Assembly (NCBI GenBank): GCA_964016885.1
Contig: OZ024741.1
Location: forward strand, 68,820,001 to 68,884,000
Direction of reading: 5' to 3'
From: Eledone cirrhosa
Taxonomy: Eukaryota
DNA length: 64,000 bases
The position numbers were made by a program, and so were the translations under genes. Position 1 is the stretch's first letter, and each line of letters opens with the position of its first letter. Of this stretch, positions 56,701-64,000 are shown piece after piece. The notes beneath the pieces are model-generated. The model made no database searches, was not told where the DNA came from, and worked only from the letters and a program-made list of their open reading frames with translations.

Positions 56701-57144
56701 AAAAGAAATGGTAGCACCAGTATTATTCTCTCGAGTTCGCCTTACACACAGTATGGTTAATTAAATATTGACGGTGGTATAAATATATCGTTCGGATATT
56801 CTGAGTTCGGATATTCTGATGTTCGTATAACTAGTTAAACAGAAAATATATAGCAATTAATATTTGTTTTTACTTCACTAACAGATGTGACATAAACTGA
56901 TAAATAGCTTATCAGTTTTTTTTATTGTACATTTTTGTTTTGGTTTTGTTTCTTTGGTTTTTTTTAGGGGGGGGGGGGGGGGGGGGGGGCTTGTTTTTTG
57001 TTGTTGTTGTTTTTTTTTGTTGTTTTGTTTTTGCGTAGTGCAATAAATACAAAAAACCCCAAACTCCGTTAGGGACATTAGTGCAACACTTGATATTTAA
57101 ACAAAGCAATTATAGATTAATAGTCTTGTCGCCATTTAGTTGAC

Positions 57145-57296
57145 ATGTGTGTGTGAAGGTGTGTATGTGTGTGTGACTGGGTGTGTGTGTGTGACGAGGT
57201 GTGTGTGTGTGTGAAGGTGTGTGTGTGTGTGAAAGTGTGTGAATATGAAGGTGTTTGTGTGTGCGTGTGTGTGTGTGTGAAGGTGTGTGTATATGA

Positions 57297-57329
<33 letters not shown>

Positions 57330-57550
57330 GGTGTGTGAATATGAAGGTGTGAAGGTGTGTGTATATGAAGGTATGTGTATGTGTGTGAAGGTGCGTGTAT
57401 GTGAAGGTGTGTGTATGTGTGTGAAGGTGTGTGTGAAAGCGAGTGTTTGTGTGTCTGAAGGTACTATGTGTGAAGGCATGCGTGTGTTTGTAAAGGCCTG
57501 TGTGTGTGATAGCGTGTGCATCTGCGTGAACGTGTGTGTGTATGAGTGTG
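57145..57550. repeat. (GT)n-derived minisatellite with GAAG spacers
   Basis: Repeated GTGTGTGAAGGTGTGT. Confidence 0.85.
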
Positions 57551-57554
57551 TAAA

Positions 57555-57870
57555 TGCGTGTGGCCGAGTGGTTAAGATGTACGGCTCACGATCGTAAGGT
57601 CGTCAGGCCGATTCCCGCAAACGCATGTCCTTGAACAAGACACCTTATCACACATTGGTCGAGTCTACTCTGTTGGGAAAAACTAGCTTTACCTGTAATT
57701 CAAAGGATAAGCCTTGTTACACATCGTGTCGTGTTGAATCTCCATGAGAACTGCGTTAAGAGTACACACGTCTGTGGAATGCTCTGCCACTTGCACATTA
57801 ATTTCATGGACAGGTTATTCTGTTGTCCGAACAAATGGAACACTCTTCGTCGAAACCGACAGAGATCCAA
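57555..57870 (+). mobile_element. tRNA-headed SINE (second family)
   Basis: TGGCCGAGTGGTTAAG...CCGATTCCC head, GTCCTTGAACAAGACAC segment, core CACTTGCACATTAATTTCATG..CAGGTTATTCTGTTG. Confidence 0.7.
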
Positions 57871-57882
57871 CAGACACACGCG

Positions 57883-57990
<108 letters not shown>

Positions 57991-59398
57991 TACACATGTG
58001 TGTGTGTGGCTTACGAAGGTCTAACTAACCGAACAAAAGAAAATATGAGGGATGGGAACCGAAATCATCACCAGAAATTTACGACCAGTCTTCAGAACTC
58101 ACTTTGATGATCATGATCATCATGATCATCATCATCATCATCATCATCATAATGAGGAGGAGGAGGCAGACACTGACAACAATAACAACAACACTAACAG
58201 TAAAGCAGTAAATCAAAAACAAATATTCTCTCTCCTAGACGAGAAGTGGAGATAGAGACTCAAACAAAATAACCACCCTGTGCCTCCCACCCTCCGACGT
58301 AGATCCCCCACATGTTTCATTGAATTTTGATACTTTTTTTGTTTTTGTCTTTAGATGTTGCTGTCGTAAGAATGTCGGATATAGTTCTTTGCAGAATTCG
58401 TTTCGGCTCTGTTTTCTGAGTTCAAATCCCACCGATGTCAACTTTGTCTTTCATCAATTCGAGGTCGATAAAAAAAATAGTACCAGCCTAGTACTAGGGT
58501 CGATTCTTCTTCTGTGTCTCTTTCTCACTTCCATTCTCCCACTGTCTGTCCTTCTCTGAGGGTGGGGGATCTGCTGTATTCAGGCTTGGGAAGGAGATGG
58601 GCTCCACCAGGTTTTTAAAAAGGCCATAGAAACACCGTACATCTCTTTCTCACTGCCATTCTCTCACTGTTTGTCTTTCTCTGGAGGGGATCTACTGTAT
58701 TCAGGCTTGGAAAAGAGATGGACTCCGCCAGATTTTAAAATGCCCAAGAAACTCCGATTATCAAATCGGCGCCCCTATGACTCCCTCAAGAGTTACAGAT
58801 CCATAGATACAATCATAAGTAACATACTCACCAATATAGAAGCGGCGTTCGATCACATTTTAAATAATCTAAATCTTTCACAAACAATGGCTATCGAATG
58901 GCAAGTGTTACTTCTCTGTTTGCTAAAACGTCCGTCCATCAAGTTAAACTTTAAGTAACTTCGATTTACTTGGTTTTGGTGACAGCTGTCGACATGATCA
59001 AATTAAAAGAAAGGAAAGAAAAGAAAAAAAGAAAACAGAAAGAAGCTTTAGAAAACAAATAATGTACACAATACTAAAAATCTCCACGCTCAACACTACA
59101 TCACCACCATACCAACAACAACAACAACAGCACTACAACCACAACAAATAGCTATTACCACTATCAACAGCAACTGGTGCACTATTGTTGTGCCCTTATT
59201 GAATGATATATTTGATAGCTATAGGAACTATATATATATGGGGGGGGGGGGCGTGTGTGTGTATGTGTTCGTGTGTGTATGTATATATCGCTCTGTCTTG
59301 AGTTTTAGCTTCAATGCGATCATAGAGCTGCATGATCGTTATATATCATATATCGATCTCTTTATATATATTTATGTTTACCTATTACACACACACAC

Positions 59399-59495
<97 letters not shown>

Positions 59496-59525
59496 CCTTA
59501 ATAAAATGAGTATTTAAACTACTTC

Positions 59526-59560
<35 letters not shown>

Positions 59561-59562
<2 letters not shown>

Positions 59563-59800
59563 CTTTCACCGTACTTTTCAACTAAATAATTTTAGTCTGA
59601 TAATGGAGTTTAGAACCATCAGATATATGGAAAAAGATGAGTATTGACGTACATGTACGTCAATACTCATCTTTTTCCATTTCTCTGAGGGTTCAAAACC
59701 CCATTATCAGACTAAAATTTATTTAGTTGAAAAGTAGGGCGAAAGCTATTCTATTTTCTAATTTCAAACCTGCTCTCTGTTTCAAAACATACTTACTTGA
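59561..59800 (+). repeat. Fold-back element: ~95-bp arms with no loop, plus ~50-bp extension
   Basis: Centre GTACATGTAC at ~59654; perfect inner ~28 bp, mismatched outer arms; (TA)n flanks. Confidence 0.75.
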
Positions 59801-59989
59801 TATATATATATATATATATATATATTTAATACAATAACAGAGAAAGCTTTAAGCTAAACTCCGACTGGTAACCATCTCACTCAACAAACATTAGGATATA
59901 CGTTAGTATAATCCCAATTTAGTGTTTGGGGTGCTAACTATATGTATTTTGTGGAAAGCCAGTTGTATTATTTTATATGAGATATAATT

Positions 59990-60038
<49 letters not shown>

Positions 60039-60045
<7 letters not shown>

Positions 60046-60597
60046 TAAAAAAATAATGAATAAAACAATGAAACAGTTCCTTATATTAAACAAAAAAAGT
60101 TCATTATTTAACGATCGTTTCTGGGATATATATGTGTTAGAATTGGCATGTATATTTAACAGATCTATGTACAAAATTATACAAAATTATACAAACTATC
60201 AAAATTAAATATACATACCAACTCATATATATGCCGTCTTCAGAAATAATGAATTATTTCTGAAGACGGCATATATATGAGTTGGTATGTATATTTAATT
60301 TTGATAGTTTGTATAATTTTGTATAATTTTGTACATAGATCTGTTAAATATGCATGCCAATTCTAACACATATATATCCCAGAAGCGATCGTTAAATAAT
60401 GAACTTTTTTTGTTTAATATAAGGAACTGTTTCATTGTTTTATTCATTATTTTTTTAATATTTTATCTTGACTCTGTATTCCGTTTATCTTTCACCGAAA
60501 GTGATTTTTCATTGCATCTCTTCTTTCCATGATATCCGGATTACATTGAGTTCTTCATACGGATTGGACACTACCGTAAACTCTTGGTAGATTTATC

Positions 60598-60600
<3 letters not shown>
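60039..60600 (+). mobile_element. Fold-back PLE-like element: ~210-bp arms plus extension, hammerhead in both arms
   Basis: Centre ~60251; only 2 arm mismatches seen; extension 60466-60600. Confidence 0.75.
60100..60253 (-). ncRNA. Hammerhead with 10-bp stem I and ~115-nt stem II domain
   Basis: TTCATTATTT-CTGAAGA-...-GAAA-CGATCG-TT-AAATAATGAA; the + copy (60254-60399) has GAAG. Confidence 0.65.
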
Positions 60601-60656
<56 letters not shown>

Positions 60657-60666
60657 CGAAGTAGTT

Positions 60667-60703
<37 letters not shown>

Positions 60704-60713
60704 CGAAGTAGTT

Positions 60714-60748
<35 letters not shown>

Positions 60749-60937
60749 ATACTTGGGCAGGGTCATATTTGTGTAATAATATTGCCAGAATTAATAACAG
60801 AACACACTCACTGTTTGGTTGGTTTTCGCTTCTGTGTCTTTTATATCTTTTATATCAGTTAATTTAATTTATTCGGTCCTCAATGTTACCATTGACTGAC
60901 CAACGGTCAAAAATACAGATATAATATAGACACATAG

Positions 60938-60969
<32 letters not shown>

Positions 60970-61045
60970 GTATATATATATGGGGGGGGGTGTATATGTT
61001 CGTGTGTGTATGTATATATCGCTCTGTCTTGGGTTTTAGCTTCAA

Positions 61046-61815
61046 CAGAAATGGAAAGACACACCCAACACTTCATCAACCGCATGCAGTTCTCTGGCTA
61101 CAACCAAAGAGACAGAATCAGAGTATACGAAGGAGCCACAGAGAAGTATAAGACCCTCATAGAACTTGACATGAAAGGAATTTTCCCATTATACAGGAGC
61201 AAATCATGGAATAGCTTAGATAGGGCTAGACATAAGATAGGGAAAGCCACCTCATGGTACGACAACCAGAGATACCAGAGTGTCATGTTTGTGGACGCTA
61301 CTTCTGGAGGGAAATTAGCTAACCAGTGTAGAAAGGCGCTGAGAAAGACCCACTTAAAGATTAAGGTGGTAGAAAAGCCAGGAACCACCATAAAATCCCT
61401 GATCAGCAAAACCTACCCTTTTAAGAAAACCCACTGTACTAATAGGAAATGTAAAGTAAACCCCCGGATAAACTGTAAAACTAGAAACGTAGTCTATAGC
61501 ATAAGATGTACAGAGGGTACTTGCAGAAACATGACAACAACATACATAGGCGAGACAGCTCGTAGCATAGGTGAAAGGATAGACCCACACTGGGGGAAAC
61601 TAAAAGGACGAAAAAACGGTTCAGTACTATACGAACACAACGGTAACATAGACAACATAGAAATTAGAATAATATCTAAACATAGAAATGACCCAGCAGG
61701 TAGGCAAATCAGAGAGGCCAGCGAAATAGAACTTAGAAGGCCAAAGCTAAACAGAAAAAATGAATGGAATAACAACAACACCCAAACAAACAATACTGGC
61801 CTAAGAGAAGTATAA
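61046..61815 (+). pseudogene. PLE thumb/linker + GIY-YIG fragment
   Basis: FINRMQFSGY, PLYRSKSW, SVMFVDAT, NVVYSIRC, YIGETARSIGERI; small in-frame deletions versus copy 1. Confidence 0.85.
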
Positions 61816-62043
61816 ATAAATAAATAAATACATACACAAGCACAATAACAACAAACACATGTAAACACACACTAGTAAACTAAGATAGAATACAATAACC
61901 AAAACACAATCACCCAAACACGAACACACATCAAACACTATACACACACGCAAACGCATGCGCAGAGAAGAAGACAAAAATAAATAAATAAACGGATTAA
62001 ATAAAGATGGCGTAGACATACAATACAACAGGAGGAAACATAA

Positions 62044-62087
62044 TAGCACTGACGATGTTGCAGATGTGCAACGAAAGAACTTTGTTA
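62044..62087 (+). ncRNA. Minimal hammerhead (family B)
   Basis: TAGCA-CTGACGA-T-GTTGCA(gatg)TGCAAC-GAAA-GAAC-TT-TGTTA. Confidence 0.7.
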
Positions 62088-62339
62088 GACTATATATATG
62101 TGTTTGTGTCTATATTATATCTGTATTTTTGACAGTTGATCAGTCAATGGTAACATTGAGGACCGAATAAATTAAATTAACTGATATAAAAGATACATAA
62201 GCGAAAACCAACCAAACAGTGAGTGTGTTCTGTTATTAATTCTGGCAATATTATTACACAAATATGACCCTCCCCAAGTATAACAATATTTGTTTCGATA
62301 CACGATTTCATATCAAAAACCTCGCAAAACTAATATATA

Positions 62340-62973
62340 TATATATATATATATACACAAACTTGTAGTTCCTGTCTGTTTGTTTGTTTGTTCACGAACT
62401 CCTATGGTTTTGGAGATAGACCCCTATAACCATATATATTCTGAAACTACATTGCCCAGGGTACTTGGATATGTATATTTCATTTTAATTAAAGGGTTCC
62501 CCGGGGGCACAAACCCCCGCTGAAAATTTTTTCCTTTCGATTTATTTAAGCCATAGGTAAAGATATGATGCCTATTCACAAAATTTCAGCAAATTTCAAT
62601 AATATTAAGACACCCTAATGGTTAAACCCCCTATAGTGAAAATTTTGGAAGCCCATAACATGAGTATTGGAACTTTGAATTTCTAATTTGAAAATAATGC
62701 TTTACACATTTATGAAATGATCAAGTTTTGAATTGATATTTTGAAATAAATTATGTACAAGAAACTAAATAAGAATAAGATTTAATAATGTAATTTTGAT
62801 TTGATATATTACAAAAAATAATGTTTGCCATTTTTCATGCATTACATTTTACATTGAGTAATATTGAAATGCAGAGTTTTTCTCCATAAATTATATCACT
62901 GATTTAAAATCAATCATCATTTTCTTACAAAAAAAAATTGTGAAACGCAGCAAGGTGCGGGTAATTCGGCTAG
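62340..62973 (+). mobile_element. Non-autonomous Helitron-like element
   Basis: 5' region with CTGTCTGTTTGTTTGTTTG; 3' CGCA-gcaagg-TGCG hairpin then CTAG+T; 5' TC not resolved. Confidence 0.55.
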
Positions 62974-62974
62974 T

Positions 62975-63095
62975 AGAGTTTAAATATTTATTTTATTAAG
63001 GCTCAAGTTCTTGTCTGATGACCCTGCGAGCAAGTAGGTGAAACTCCAAAGTAACAATTTTTAGCCTTACTATTTAGCCTTAATAAAATGAATAT
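62975..63095 (+). mobile_element. Tiny inverted-end element with hammerhead (63011-63057)
   Basis: TTGT-CTGATGA-c-CCTGC(gagcaa)GTAGG-t-GAAA-CTccaaAG-TA-ACAA; ends ATTTATTTTATTAAGGCT / AGCCTTAATAAAATGAAT are inverted; related pieces at 59491-59530 and 60655-60720. Confidence 0.65.
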
Positions 63096-63098
63096 ATA

Positions 63099-63185
<87 letters not shown>

Positions 63186-63187
<2 letters not shown>

Positions 63188-63376
63188 CGAAGGAAATGTG
63201 GTAAGGAACCAGGTGGACCATAACGCACCAAAGTACTCAATACTTGGGGTAGTAGAGTGGGTAATAGGAACCAGTAAGACCCCGACGGCTGAGCTCAAGC
63301 CGTTTCGACGGCTAATTCTGGACTCAGAATTAGCCGTCGAAACGGCTTGAGCTCAGCCGTCGGGGTCTTACTGGTT

Positions 63377-63381
<5 letters not shown>
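63186..63381 (-). mobile_element. Miniature hairpin element (family G, copy 2)
   Basis: Perfect ~56-bp arms around a GACT loop plus extension; homologous to 25542-25736. Confidence 0.75.
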
Positions 63382-63442
<61 letters not shown>

Positions 63443-63554
63443 GAAGAGGAATTCCAACTTTGTCTGATTTACTCGTTTTATTTACAATCCTTTAAAATTT
63501 ATAATGGTATTATAATGAAATAGTATGATAGAATATTAAATGTTAAGTGTTAAT

Positions 63555-63593
63555 TGAACAAGTACTTTCATGCTTTCGCAATCTTCAGGTTCA
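63555..63593 (-). ncRNA. 39-nt minimal hammerhead with GAAA tetraloop
   Basis: TGAAC-CTGAAGA-t-TGC(GAAA)GCA-t-GAAA-GTAC-TT-GTTCA within a ~200-bp island between (TA)n tracts. Confidence 0.7.
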
Positions 63594-63802
63594 TAATGTG
63601 TGGTGACAGTCAAGTTTGCAATTTTCAACTGTCATATGTATATATATATATATATATATATAGTATGCAATTCAGTAAATTACTGGTGGTGGTGGTACCA
63701 AAATGAGCACTCGACGCACGGGCAAAGTAAGAAAAACGGTGAAGTTTCATTTACATGTATTTATGTTTTTACTGTGTATCAACCTTTATTTTTTGTTGAA
63801 TC

Positions 63803-63875
63803 ACCAGTCTGATGAGTAGATTGATACTGTAATCATAATACATGGGTGACCTTGAGCGAAACGCGTGTAACAGGT
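63803..63875 (+). ncRNA. Hammerhead-like motif, somewhat decayed
   Basis: ACCAGT-CTGATGA-G...C-GAAA-CGCGTG-TA-ACAGGT. Confidence 0.55.
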
Positions 63876-63954
63876 CGATACACAATAAGAACATAAATAC
63901 ATGGAAACGAAACTTCATTTTCTTTCTTATACATATGTGTGTGGGGGGAGGGTA

Positions 63955-64000
63955 GTTTAACCCATGCAAGCGTGGAAAAACGGACGTAAAAATGATGATG
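63955..64000 (+). mobile_element. RTE 3' tip
   Basis: AACCCATGCAAGCGTGGAAAAACGGACGTAAAAATGATGATG, as at 1849-1905. Confidence 0.7.

Larger units (their letters stand above)
60744..62333 (+). mobile_element. PLE family B copy 2
   Basis: 60744-~60935 is inverted relative to ~62100-62287; ORF remnant; hammerhead; extension to 62333. Confidence 0.85.

Noticed and set aside
57555-57620. tRNA gene (also SINE heads at ~40750-40800 and ~49610-49680)
   Set aside because: Only A/B-box-like remnants, no complete cloverleaf; continues into a SINE body
60039-60465. Both arm mismatches are A-to-G on the sense strand, suggesting an ADAR-edited template
   Set aside because: Only two sites; mismatches I checked in other elements were mostly C/T, so no pattern is supported

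Overview
AT-rich eukaryotic (metazoan) repeat-dense DNA with no recognisable host gene; the SINE content looks molluscan/cephalopod (octopus-like, inferred from memory of such repeats). The window is a scaffold of (TA)n, (CA)n and (TATG)n microsatellites packed with mobile elements: an apparently intact RTE-clade LINE (APE+RT, 2099-5167) and a truncated relative, both with a PHD-type C4HC3 zinc finger inserted in the RT; two Helitron-type elements; mariner, hAT and pogo-like MITEs; decayed R4/Dong-type LINEs; many tRNA-type SINEs; and a ~610-bp non-autonomous RTE derivative in (TATG)n. The main feature is a community of ten or more Penelope-like (PLE) families. Nearly all sit in (TA)n, most carry a minimal type I hammerhead ribozyme readable by eye, and many share one asymmetric inverted architecture: an inverted arm starting at an internal TAT microhomology, then a direct arm with a 3' extension that encodes the ORF N-terminus. 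Sizes run from 5.5 kb down to ~190-bp hairpins. Most ORFs in the supplied track are microsatellite translation artefacts. Coordinates were read by eye and may be off by a few bases.
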